A DNA stretch of 64,000 nt from contig OX597815.1 of NCBI GenBank assembly GCA_951406725.2, forward strand, positions 85,932,001-85,996,000, in the 5' to 3' direction. Below, in pieces: positions 39,392-51,989 of this stretch. Below the pieces are notes generated by a model, which ran no database searches, had not been told where the DNA came from, and worked only from the letters and a program-made list of their open reading frames with translations. This stretch comes from Octopus vulgaris (lineage: Eukaryota). A program made the position numbers and the translations under genes. Each line of letters starts with the position of its first letter. Positions within the stretch are counted from its first letter, which is position 1.

Positions 39392-42300
39392 ACATATATG
39401 TATATTTATATGCATATTACATACAAACACACACAAACACTCAGGTGTGCGTGTGTGTGCATGCATGCATATGATATAGTTATTCGTAATGCCAGCACTG
39501 TGATGCAAACAAACGGTGATTGGTTCCAATTAACTATGTTACTGTTCAAATGGATATTCTGATACAATCACAACTGTAGTTAGACGATATACGAATAGAG
39601 TTTGGGTCATAAGTCTGAACGTAAAATGGCCGGACATGAGAAGGCTGAATTTATATGAAGTATAAACCACGTACGGAAAACTTGAGAGACCGAATTCTTA
39701 TAACACCGAATGTTGATATTTTTGGTGAAATATACATTTTAGGGAAATAGTTAAAAAAAACACTTATTTACAGTTTTAAAAGCTAGTTTATTGAGGGGCA
39801 TATTGTAACATATTTACTGTTCTGTTATGCAACAGCAGAATAAGCATTTTAGAAAGAGAAACACTCTTAAATGCATGTATCTTGTTTTAAAACGGAGTTT
39901 ATTTGTGAAACATACAACAACCAAATAACAAAGGAAAGCCGGGTATAGTGAGAACATTTGCTTACACCAAAATAATTACTCAAAAATGTATTGTTGGGAT
40001 GCGATGTTGAAGGCAAGCGAAAACGTAAGCAGGTTTTTAATGGAACACTTCGTTCTTTAATAAATATTGTTTAAATTCTTTCAGTATTAAGTATTTTACT
40101 TATTTTCTTTCAATACTTACATAAACATAAAAAACCCCATTAGTTTTGATGCACTCCTTACGCTTTCATATCTCCCATTGCCAATATATTTAAAATCCAG
40201 CCTTTCAATTGTTTGATTGTTTTATGTTTATATTAGAAAAAAAGAAGAAAATATTCAATAATGAAACAATTTATATAAAGGAAGTAATTAATAATCTATT
40301 CCAGTTTTTACTTAGATCTTGGATATCCTATCCTTAAATTAAACTATTATTATATCACACCTATCTTTGTTACACTGACGAAGCATAATAAAAATATATG
40401 TTATATTAAACCTCTTTTTAAAATGGCAAATACATGACTTATAAGACCGTTTTGACCCCCATAAAAATATTTCAAAATTCGGTGTTCTGAGTATTCGGAC
40501 TTCCAAACGAATGTTTCTCTGATTTTAGCTTACGTGAATTCTGTCTTCTCAATGTAGACATTCACGTTAGGCCTTATGATTGGCATCCATACTAATATCA
40601 ACATATATAAATTATATACAAATAGTATACAAGTAATATGTGACACACAGCCAAGCAATTTCGATACGTTTTTCAAATGCTGTGAAGATGAAAGCCTAAC
40701 AATATTTAAACAATGTACAACTGATTACAAAACTCTGTCTAAACAATGTACAACATGTACAGGAATGATATAAAGATGACATCTGATTGTTCTATCCAAA
40801 CAGTGTATAAATAAAATGCAAATTATATATACATATGATACGCTAACAACGCACAGGTTACCTATAAAATGAACGAGATATTGAAATGAATCATCCGAAA
40901 TTAACCAGGTGATATATATCTTATACCTGTATAAAATTAAAGCTAAAACAATGGTAATATTTAGCAACGATTATTCTAGATTTATATCTCACAACCAGTC
41001 TTTAATATCATGTCTGAAAGTACTTTTTGTTTAAGAATAAATACAATCCAGAGCAAATCCGTCATACACCATGACCTTTACTGTGTGTCACCGCATAATC
41101 CTTGATATAATATTATAGTTTTGGTCAATACAATAGCTCCAGGTAAACTATATCATATATTTTTTAATCATATATACATATATACACAGGCATGTCTATA
41201 GTTCTCTTATATAATCCATGCCACTCAAAGGTATAACCTTCATTCATCCCCTTTTCGCTGCCAATTTTGTACTTGAGAAATGTCTGTGCGATGGAAAAAT
41301 ATTTTAAGTAAACCGAAACCAGACCTGTTTGCAAATTCCAAGTAACTTTTCTTTTTATATACGATTGAAAACGATAAAATAAGCTCTCGTTTATCTAGTC
41401 GTATCAAGAGTATTCTATTTCCCTTTAGAGAAATAAATATCAAGTGCAATGTTTTGTTGATGTTTGCAAGGAACTTTTATTCGGCTATCACTCGGGTTTG
41501 CAAAAAAGGTCTGTCTGTGCGTGAGATTTTTTCAACCGTGTCTTATAGCATTAAATGGTGTCGTTTATAAAGTAATATTCATATTTAAACATTCGTCACA
41601 AGATTCCTTATTGAAGTAGGTTCTGGATTCAACAGGATGGATGAGATCATTAATCATGGAGAAATTCACGTTCAGACTGCAATAATGTGATTCCTGACAG
41701 CAAAAATATACCTTGCAGGCTGAATGTTGTAGAAGAAATTAATTTTATAAATAGGTACGTGTAGCTTTGGCTATATACATTTCATAACATGAAATTAATC
41801 GAGGAGATGTAATTCTGGCCCCACAAAGCTTGAATTTCATCAGTGGCGAGCATTTATTGTTTATGGATAGTGAAAATGTAAACCATTAATTAAAAGCCCG
41901 CATTAAAATGCCATCTTCATATATTTCAGAATAACTTTGTTCATTACACTTTTTTGATATGCTATGATATTGGTACTCTTTACATACGGTACATTGCGAT
42001 AATACGGTCTGCATTTTTATTTTGGTTAGAGTATCAGATGTACAATTTCTTAGATATGCCGTTGAAATTACGCTTCTGTTTGCAGTGTTTTTTATCAATA
42101 AATATCGCAATCCGAAATCATAGGACAATGGTACTGGGGCCCTGAAATATTTTTCTTTGTTTCGGATATTTTATAGATATCCAGTAGGAAAATTAATCGA
42201 TTTGCTTATTGCCATCATCGTTCGAAGTCTTTATAACACTCATAAAATAAAAATTTTCTGTTTGACCTCTGATCACTAGAAAAAATGGACAATATTGAAA

Positions 42301-43074
42301 AGTCTGTCATAGGAAAGTGAAATGAATAATTTCATCTGATGCTTCTGACTATTTCTTTTCTGGTCGGAGTATATATTCGGATTGTAACCTCTCATTAACG
42401 TCAGGAATATTTGTGTTATGAGCATATTTTTCTGAAAAGTAAGTGCATTAGAGGTGAAAAGCTGACTACTTTGAAAGTGACTAATATTTCAAAATACATA
42501 TTAATCATTTATGTATTAGATTAAAGTAGGTAAATTAGCAATATGATTGGTTTACCAAACTGCAATATATACTGAAAATCGCCCATGGTGGAAAATATCG
42601 TCAGACATGCAATTGAAATTTAATACTTTCCACACACTATAAATAGACAGATAGACAGATGTGTGTTTCTGTGTATATGTGTGTTTCTATGTACAGTTTT
42701 TATGTTGTTTGAATGTGTATTACATCTGTATTTTCTAAAATAATTACTAGTCATGAGTGATTCTTCCCGAATAACAAGCGGCAACGGACACTCAATTCTA
42801 TGACTGAGTCCACGGAAGGCATTTGTAATATCTCCCGAAAGGATGTGTCAATTTGATTAAATTTCCTGACAGGATTTTAACATATAATCATTCTGTTTAT
42901 AGTCTCTGAGAAGGATAATGCGACTACAAGTTCATTTCCCACAGAGAGCTTTCTTGGGAATTGTTAGAGGCACTATGAAATTATTTCGTTGAAATGTGTG
43001 AAGTTTATTTAGTAAAATTTAAGTAGCATATCTAATTCTGTCTTTAAACTAACTCACAAAAGAATTGTTATACT

Positions 43075-43132
<58 letters not shown>

Positions 43133-43303
43133 CACATACATACATATATATACATATATATACACATGCATATATATGTATATATATATACATACATTCA
43201 TATATATACATGGATATATATATGTATGTGTATATGTATGTATATATGTTTATATATATGTGTGTATGTATGTGTATACATACATATACACACACACATA
43301 CAC

Positions 43304-43395
<92 letters not shown>

Positions 43396-44108
43396 CAAAA
43401 TCAGTCTCTGCATATTAAATGGTTGCATGTTTGAATGTACTAAGGGACTGTCTGAATGCACGAAATTATTTTCAATAATGTTTCTGTTTCACTGATGTAG
43501 AAACCCAGTCCTATAAGACATCTTGTAATCATTTCAGCTCTTTTACCAACAAATTTTGCGTTTCCAGATTTTCCCAGTCAAATTTCTAAGGTGAAGAAAT
43601 TCAAACCTCAAATGAAATTTCGTTAATATAGATGTTAAGTACTCATCAAAATAACTTAATTTAATCCCTCCCCCTCCAATAATAATGAAGCAAAGTTTGT
43701 TTCGAATGATGTTTTAGAATTAGAGCAGAGAGTGTATGTGATTTAGTGGGATAAATCTGTGTATTTCTGTTGATTGGATTGACGCTAAGAAAGGCTAAAA
43801 AATAGGATATACTGCTCCCATTGTAGTGTATATGATGAAGCAGAAATCATTGACTGAGATAAAAGAAACAAATGGGGAAAAGTTTCTGTTTAATACAGTT
43901 GTTTTCCTTCAGAAATACAACAGATTAACTATCTGAGCCGTGATTCTAGTAGCAGAATACTTTAATCAGTTAAAGTTGGAGTCCACTTTAGATTGAATGA
44001 GAGAATATAATCGCATGTTCTCAAAGCCATTTGTTTTCAGGAACACCATGGAATATCATGGCACCAAATATAAAGATTTCACAAAACCTACATCTGTAAA
44101 TATGACTG

Positions 44109-44171
<63 letters not shown>

Positions 44172-44190
44172 TATATATATACATTCGTAT

Positions 44191-45387
44191 TCAAAATCCA
44201 TTTGTTTGAGCTGGAAAATACCTACAATTGATGTCAGAACCTTGAGAACCTGCTGCGGCAGTGGTCAAATCATCACATTGTGCCACTGTTCCGTGGTTCG
44301 TTTTCATTCTTAGAATCCGACGGAATGCTATTCGGAATGATCGATTAAAAAAATAAAATAAAAAAGGATTCATTGTAGAGTTGCTATATCCTAGCCAAAC
44401 TGCCACCTGCCATAAGTAGTAGGGGGTTTGGTACTGGATAATAGCATCAATAACGTTTATAATGAAAAATGGGCACCAACAAACACAGAAGCAACCCATT
44501 ATTATTCCTAACGTTTTAGCAGCTTTTGCTTCGTGTTTGAAAGCTTTCCGTTTGTTTTTGTTCTGAATGATTGCTTGCTCAAGCGTCCTTATTTGTTTTG
44601 CCTGTCTTTTGGCCGCTGTATAAATCTGTGCGTTGCACATTACGAGGAAGGCGGACGGAATATAAAAGGCTACAGCTGAGCACGTAAACGCAAATGCTTT
44701 GTTAACAAGAAAAACACACGTATCACTACCAGGTGGAGCTATACATTCATATATTGCCTCTATGCCTTTCAAATTCCATTCGTTGGCGATAGGAACAAAC
44801 GAAATTAGCAGTGGTACAGTCCAACAAAGGATTATAGAAATAACTACATGTCTCTTTTTTACTTTCTGATGCTGAAATGGTCGACAAATTGCAAGATAGC
44901 GATCTCCAGCTAAACAGACCAGATGAAAGATGGATGTTGTTGTGAATGTTACATCTAAGCAGATGATGATACGACACAGAATGAGGCCATGGCCCCAGTG
45001 GTTATCCCACATTAACTGTCTGATGGCATAGGGCATAACGGCGCCGCCGACAAGCGTGTCTGAAATGGCTAAGGAGACAACAAAGGCATTTGTGTAACTT
45101 TTCAAGTGATTGTGTGTTAATACTGCTGCAATTACTAAACAGTTGCCAGAAATAGTTAGTCCAGCCAAACAACTGAGGAAAAAACCTAGAGCAAATTTAA
45201 CCCAGAAACATAGTTGTTGAGGTGGTTCTGCCAAATATGATAGAATTTCATCGCATTTATTCGAATCATTGAAAGCAGGAAAAGTGCTATTCATTCCTGT
45301 TCGAGGATAATCTTGGAGATCTAATGTAGCCTGATTCAGATCCATCGCACTACTCCAAGTTGTATACGGTGAATTGTGCATTGCCAT
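44191..45387 (-). CDS. HTR4-like: Class A aminergic GPCR, 5-HT4 (serotonin) receptor-like, 398 aa, uninterrupted 7TM exon
   Basis: Motifs GN (TM1), SLAISD, D3.32 in CLDVTFTTTSIFHL, DRY, CVFLVNKAFAFTCSAVAFYIP, EAKAAKTLGIIMGCFCVCWCPFF and WLGYSNSTMNP. These blocks are closest to remembered 5-HT4 sequences. Beta-type octopamine receptor is the alternative. Confidence 0.88.
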   Translation of the reverse strand: MAMHNSPYTTWSSAMDLNQATLDLQDYPRTGMNSTFPAFNDSNKCDEILSYLAEPPQQLCFWVKFALGFFLSCLAGLTISGNCLVIAAVLTHNHLKSYTNAFVVSLAISDTLVGGAVMPYAIRQLMWDNHWGHGLILCRIIICLDVTFTTTSIFHLVCLAGDRYLAICRPFQHQKVKKRHVVISIILCWTVPLLISFVPIANEWNLKGIEAIYECIAPPGSDTCVFLVNKAFAFTCSAVAFYIPSAFLVMCNAQIYTAAKRQAKQIRTLEQAIIQNKNKRKAFKHEAKAAKTLGIIMGCFCVCWCPFFIINVIDAIIQYQTPYYLWQVAVWLGYSNSTMNPFLFYFFNRSFRIAFRRILRMKTNHGTVAQCDDLTTAAAGSQGSDINCRYFPAQTNGF

Positions 45388-45399
45388 AGTCTGGAATTT

Positions 45400-45422
45400 C
45401 TGTAAGGAGAAAAGAAGAAAAA
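45400..45422 (-). promoter_or_regulatory. Splice acceptor 12 nt upstream of the GPCR ATG
   Basis: Minus strand tttttcttcttttctccttacAG|aaattccagactATG. Confidence 0.75.
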
Positions 45423-46782
45423 CACCATTTTAAGAATCATTGCTTAATTGTTTTAAGTTAAACGAAATAGAAACCAGAACATTTTATGAAGAAAAGGAAA
45501 TTGTCATTTTGAAAACATTGCATCTTTTTCTGAAACAACCTTATAAAACATCCATGTTTAATAAGTGCTTTCAAGAGAGATAAAGAAAGATAAACAGAGT
45601 ACAAGAGCTTAGTAATGCGAAAGAAGAATATAATACATTGGAAGTCAGAGTGGTATGGAAGACTATAACATTACAGGCGCGCAATTGCGTGTATACGCTT
45701 CAGATTTTAAATTATTGAGTTTGAAAATACGCATAAATCCACAGATTTTACAGGTGAGTATAGAATCTATTTAAGTGACTCAAGAATTGAGAGATATTTT
45801 ATTGCTACGGGAAATATGAAATATAAAGTTGACCTCGACGGAATTTGAACCCAGAACTAAAGAGACGGAACAAAATAACGCTGCTAATCCAACTCCTTTA
45901 AATTTTATAATGTTCATTTGTAACATTGGGGTTAAATGGATGCTGATAGACAAGGAGTTAAGTTAATTATTACATCGATTCCAGGGTACTGGGGTACTTT
46001 ATCGAATGCGGAATGGTGAAAAGCAAAACCAATACCGGGACGCTATAAAATCCCCTAAGGTATTTTCTAAGACACGCCGTAGATTCTGATAACCTATTGC
46101 AATCGTCTTTTATATTTTAATTATTTAAAACATGATTAATTGAGGTTATAAAAGTATTTATAGTAGAGAAAACTTTTTATAAGGTTTTAAAATATAAAAC
46201 AGAAAGCACAGGAGAAAATTCAAAGACATTAATTGGGTAAATGTTTAGAGACAACACAAATTGTTGGATTGGATCTACTCTTTAAACCAAACTAGTTTTA
46301 GCTACAGACATGTTACTAGGGTTCCTTATCAAAGTATAAATGTATATGCGTGTAGATATGGCTGTATGCTTAAGAAACTCAATTTGCAACCACATGATTT
46401 CAGATTCATTTCCATTGCATGACTTCTGGTCAACAATAGCACCTGGTCAACAAATGCCTTGTGAATGAATTTGATAGGCGAAAACCGAGTGGAAGTTCGT
46501 TGTGTATATGTGTGTGTGCGCGCGCACGTATGCATAAATACACACACACATACATTTATGTCTATGTTTACATTTATGTTTACGTACCTGTAACTTAGAG
46601 GTTCGGTACAAGAAAATATTGAATCACTCAACAGACTTAAAAAAAGGAAAATACTGGCAGCGATTTATTCGTTTAAAAGATTTCATGCCGGTGCCCCAGC
46701 ATAGCCGCTGTTCAGTGACTAAATAGAATAACTGCTGTGCAGTAACTAAATAAAATACAAGTTTTATATATTTACACACATA

Positions 46783-47003
46783 CACGAGGGGATACTGAAA
46801 ATTTCCTGGTTTTAAGCGTATCAAAAAAGGCTTTTTTGGAAGGTCAACCTTACGACTTCTTTTACAGGGCTTAGAAAACCCGGAGGTCCACCGCAATAAG
46901 TGTTCCAATATGAGAGGGAAATATGTTGAATAAAATCATAAGTAACTGATTCTCCTGCGTTTTCTTTTATCCAAAGCCAGGACGTTTCTGCAACCCTTTG
47001 TAT
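46783..47003 (+). mobile_element. Mariner-derived MITE-like relic
   Basis: The imperfect TIRs gaggggatactgaaaatttcctggtttt and aaagccaggacgtttctgcaaccctt flank a KC...GKYVE* transposase end. Confidence 0.65.
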
Positions 47004-47214
47004 ATACAGCGAGAAAAAAAGTGAGAGATAATTAGAAAGAGAAAGATGAGAGAGGGGAGGGAGAGAGAAAAGAATATAGTAACGCTCGTAAAGAATGTCA
47101 ACAACATGAGTGGGAGGAAAAATTTCAAGGGAGTCACTGGCATAATAATTACTAATAAAGAAGGTTCTAGCGAATCTATTTACACATACATTATCTAATA
47201 TTATATAACGACTA

Positions 47215-47433
47215 AGGCGGTGAGCTGGCAGAAACGTTAGCACGCCGGGCGAAGTGCTCAGCAGTATTTCGTCTGTCTTTACGTACCGAGTTCAAATTCC
47301 GCCGAGGTCGACTTTGCCTTTCATCGTTTCGGAGTCGATAAATTAAGTACCAATTGCGTACTGGGGTCGATCTGACTGGAGTCGACTGATCCCCTCCACA
47401 AAAATTTCAGGCCTTGTGCCTAGAGTAGGAAAA
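47215..47433 (+). mobile_element. Well-preserved tRNA-derived SINE copy
   Basis: ggcggtgagctggcagaaacgttagcacgccgggcg...gagttcaaattccgccgaggtcgactttgcc...ggccttgtgcctagagtag. Confidence 0.9.
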
Positions 47434-47475
47434 AATTTTATAAAGCGACTAAATTTTAATTTATTTTATATGTGA

Positions 47476-47868
47476 CTAGCAGTATCGCCCGGAGTTGCTC
47501 GGGTTTGTAAGGGAAATAACTATATAAGCATTTTTAGAGATGTAAAGTATAATAGTCATCTCAATATGGCTAACCACAAAGGGGGTGTTACTGTAGCTTT
47601 TTACGTTCTGAGATTTAATAATACATTTTTAGAGAATTACTTCCCTTATATATGCCAAAAAGGCATTAAAAATGGGAAAAATTGATGGTAAATTTTTTTT
47701 TAATCGTAGACTCATCGTAGACGCGCACTAATACCCAGAAGGGATCGATATGAATCACGACTATAAGATACCCGGTTTTGGTTAAACTGCACCGCAAAAT
47801 GTGGGAGTAGTTAGGAATCTAAATCGTAGGAGACAGACAGCACACAACCTCACTTTTATATATAAAGA
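47476..47868 (-). mobile_element. Non-autonomous Helitron
   Basis: The minus strand starts TCtttatatataaaag and ends with the hairpin cccgagcaactccggg followed by CTAG. It is inserted between A and T with no TSD. Confidence 0.8.
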
Positions 47869-49285
47869 TTATACAGTGTCTTGTAACGCAGGGACATATT
47901 TTATTTGTAATTTGGTTATGTATTATACACTTTCCATAATGAATATACTTTTTTAGTTCCAACCCTAGTTAACTGCATTTAAAATGTGTCGCATTATAAT
48001 GAGTCATCCTGTACTTTAGTTGTTCACTTGTAGAATCATTATACAGCTTTCTCTTAGATAACACTTATACTATTGTTTTACCGGTAAAAGTGTATCATTT
48101 AAGTCTGAGAAATCTAGTGATGATATACATTGGTATAAAGATAATAAAAAAATGATATTCGTAAAATATAGTTTTGTCGTCAAACATATATTCGAAGCGT
48201 TAAAACACTCTCTTTGCACATAATATTTTATGGTCATAATTCTTGTACTCTAGCTGTTCAAATATTCGAAATATCGAACTCATCCACTTAGGTCCGATAG
48301 TTTTATTTCTTTTCGTTTTTCTATTGAAGCAGTGGAATTGAATTCCTCAGAGTCGTGACAAATTACATCCGATTAAAAATATAATTTATTCGTGATCCAC
48401 GTTTTCACTTGAACTTGATGTCTTGAGTTGTATAAATGGGAATTAAATTCAGGAAAACTATTCCAAATCAATTTGCCAATTTCAATACATTGAAAAAAAA
48501 TAGGAAACAATCGATAAACTTGATTGTGGAAATACCTGTTTGAATTCTAAAATATATTTAAAATACATCTATATATAAGGAAAAATAAATGTATAACTTT
48601 ATAATAGACAGTAATAAAATAAAAACTTTAATTAAGGTAACTGTGGAATCCTAGAATGATGAAGAGTCAATACAAAGCCATACATCCCTTTATATTATAT
48701 ATCGATATCTTATCCATATAAATACATTATCGTATTATAGTCATCCATATAGGAAAGATATTTTACCTTTTCTTTTATCGACACTAAAAGTAAAAAAGAC
48801 ACTACTGATGATTCAACCTCATCTGTTGTAACAAGAGAAAATTATACTAAAACAGTGAACTTGTCTTCTTACATACATATGAACAAACATATAAATAAAT
48901 ATATGTGTGTGTGTGTTTGGACAGTAAATTCCTCTCTTCCTCCCTCCCTATGTGTGTATGTGTTTATGTATTCTAGAGTTATTAAAACGTCGAATAGAAG
49001 TGCCTTGCGTCCCGGTTCTTTGCGTGCTGAGTTCAGATGCACCAAAGTCGAGTTTCTCTTCCGTCATTTCGGAATCGATATAGTACCAGTCGAGTACGGA
49101 AAGAAATCTCACTCACTCACTCACTCACTCACTCACTCACTCACTCACTCACTCACTCACTCACTCACTCACTCACTCATTCACACACTCACTCACTCAC
49201 TCACTCACTCACTCACTCACTCACTCACTCATTCTCTCTCTCTCTTTCTCTGTATAGATATATATATATAATATATATTATTTAT

Positions 49286-49318
<33 letters not shown>

Positions 49319-49325
49319 ACTATAT

Positions 49326-49371
<46 letters not shown>

Positions 49372-49374
<3 letters not shown>

Positions 49375-49665
49375 CAGTAAAAATTTAGATTCAGTTGAAT
49401 ATGGTATCTAAGTTATAGGCACCAGGATTGGGTATGGTGTTATCCATAAATTCAAAATGGGGGTGATTATAATCAAAATAAGCAACAAGGATATCCAGAG
49501 GTAATGCAGTACGATCGTTTCATGCGACTCCATTTAATTGAACAATGCAAGTATTACATGAGTTTTAAAATGTAGAGCAATCTTCAGCTGCATGAAAATA
49601 TAGAATTGGAGTCGCATGAAAAGATCGCACTGCATTATCTCTGGATATCCTTGTTGCTTATTTTG

Positions 49666-49670
<5 letters not shown>
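49372..49670 (-). mobile_element. PLE pLTR fold-back, family A (second copy)
   Basis: 49468-49532 is the reverse complement of about 49607-49670. Homologous to 11794-12203. (TA)n on both sides. Confidence 0.8.
49504..49593 (-). ncRNA. Type I hammerhead ribozyme, intact core, long stem II, palindromic stem III
   Basis: atgcag-CTGAAGA-ttgctcta...tggagtcgcat-GAAA-cgatcg-TA-ctgcat. Confidence 0.78.
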
Positions 49671-49703
<33 letters not shown>

Positions 49704-50613
49704 ATGGAACAGAAAATACAAGCATGCAGCAGTTTTAACATTTTGATTCATTAAAGATTCTTCATATGTTTTGTTAACCATTTATGTTTCCTTTGGAACA
49801 AATAACTATACCATCTTCATCATAGCTTGATGATGTTCAGAATTTTATTTTCTAGTTGAAACGATGTAAGCGACTGAGAATTACTTGTTTTATAATATAG
49901 ACTTTTCTGCGCAGAGATATCTATGCAGGTGCAAGAAGATGTATATATGAACATGTCTAACGGATACATTATTACCTATTAGTAAACTGCAACTAGCTGG
50001 CGTGTTTGCGAAGTGATTAGAGAGTTGTATAAAATCAGTGTCTTGCTGTTTACGTTCTGAATTCAGACAGCCTAAGTCAATGTTGGTTTTCATTGTTTCA
50101 GTGTCGGTTAATAGAGTAAAAATCCAGTAGAGTAGTCGACTGTTAGCATCTTTCTCTCATCTCTGTCTGTCTATCTGTCTCTCTTTGTAAGAAGCCGACT
50201 GTCATAAGACACGTATAAGTATGTACTCGACTCCTAACTGAGTCGCAGAGTCACCGTTCACACAACAAGGAAGACTTCATCAAAATGAAACGTCTTTATT
50301 ACAAAAACGCACCTAATTAGAATAATTTTATATTAATGTATAAAGGACATATAAGTATCATAGGCTAAGAAAAAAATCATTACAATATCATTTGTCTTGC
50401 TAGAAATAAAAGCCAACTTCCCTTAAATTAAAACTTACTGGCTTCTAAAAGATACGCTAAAAATAATGTGATCACGGCTACGCTATGTATGGAATGAAAT
50501 GAATGGGCGCATCTGTTTCGATACCAATGATATAGCACGACTGACTGGACAGCCAGCTAGTTCTGGTGACCGTACGTTTTGGTGCTGGAGGCAAATGCAC
50601 ACGCACATACACA

Positions 50614-50691
<78 letters not shown>

Positions 50692-51038
50692 CTCTCTCTC
50701 TCTCTCTCTTTCTCTTTGTTTAATCGGGAATGTAGAAAAGGAGAAAGCAAAGTCTTCAGTGTGAGTATGTGGTTTGTGGGGTCAACTACGTCCTCCGCTT
50801 CATTTTTTGTTAATCACTCATTCTCATTTAATTGTATATATTTTAATTGTTTGTTTATTCATATGTTTCGTCTCATTCGATACCCTGACCCCAACGTTTG
50901 TTTTGTCCCCTCTTTTTCTCAACCTTATGGTGAATAAAGAAATACTCTCTCTCTCTCTCTCACTCCCTTTTTTTCACACACACTGGGTCACGCATGTCCA
51001 CGCAGAATTATACGTATACAGTTAGAAAAATGAGATGT

Positions 51039-51083
<45 letters not shown>

Positions 51084-51480
51084 CGGAGAGAAAAAACGTT
51101 ACAATTTATTAATTCTACACAATCGACAAAAACACTTTCCCTATTCTCACACACAGAGAAATATGCTCACAAACGGGTACGTATGGAGAGATAAACAAAT
51201 GGGGAGGGGAGAGAGAGAGAGAGAGAAGGGGACAGAAAATGAGAGATAAACAGATAGAGAAAGAGTGTGAGAGACAGAGAGAGCTAAAGCGAGAGAGTGG
51301 AAGGAATAAATTGAGAGAAACAATAAAAGAGAGAGGTGTTAAAAATTTCTAGTGTCAAACAAATCAGCGTTGGAATAGTGACGCCAAATGGCTCTGCCAA
51401 AACGTCGCTTATCACATCTGGAATGCCTCGATCGACGCTGGTTTGTGGTTTGAGGTAAAACAACAACAACAACAACAACA

Positions 51481-51536
<56 letters not shown>

Positions 51537-51989
51537 TATACTACTAGACCACATAGCTAACCCTATTTACCAATTGCTGATAGAAACCAGGTACAGAAAA
51601 TTTAAGTCTGGCAACAAAGAAGAAAAAAATAGAAAGGAATAAAGACAAAACATATAAACCAATATTCTTGGTACTTTTCTATTGCTACGATTAAAATGTC
51701 ATTAATACTGAATAACAATCGCAGAGTGAATTCAATTTATTTAAGAATTTTCCTTCACTCCGTCGTTGACGAAGGAATATTGAATTGTTAATAAAAAACC
51801 TTTCAACAATATGCTAGCATACGAGTGTACACACATACACACATACGGGCGTGTGAGCATAGACACTTATACATATATGCACGTGAATTTGTATGCAGAA
51901 ACGAGGTTAAACATATTTATCTAATATCCAAGCATTACGGAAGAGTTATGTTCCTGAAAATCTTGCCGTTACGTGGGACTGGTGGCGCA

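Noticed and set aside
40590-40830. Repeated aaacaatgtacaac motif
   Set aside because: Only two or three degenerate copies, so an ordinary decayed minisatellite.
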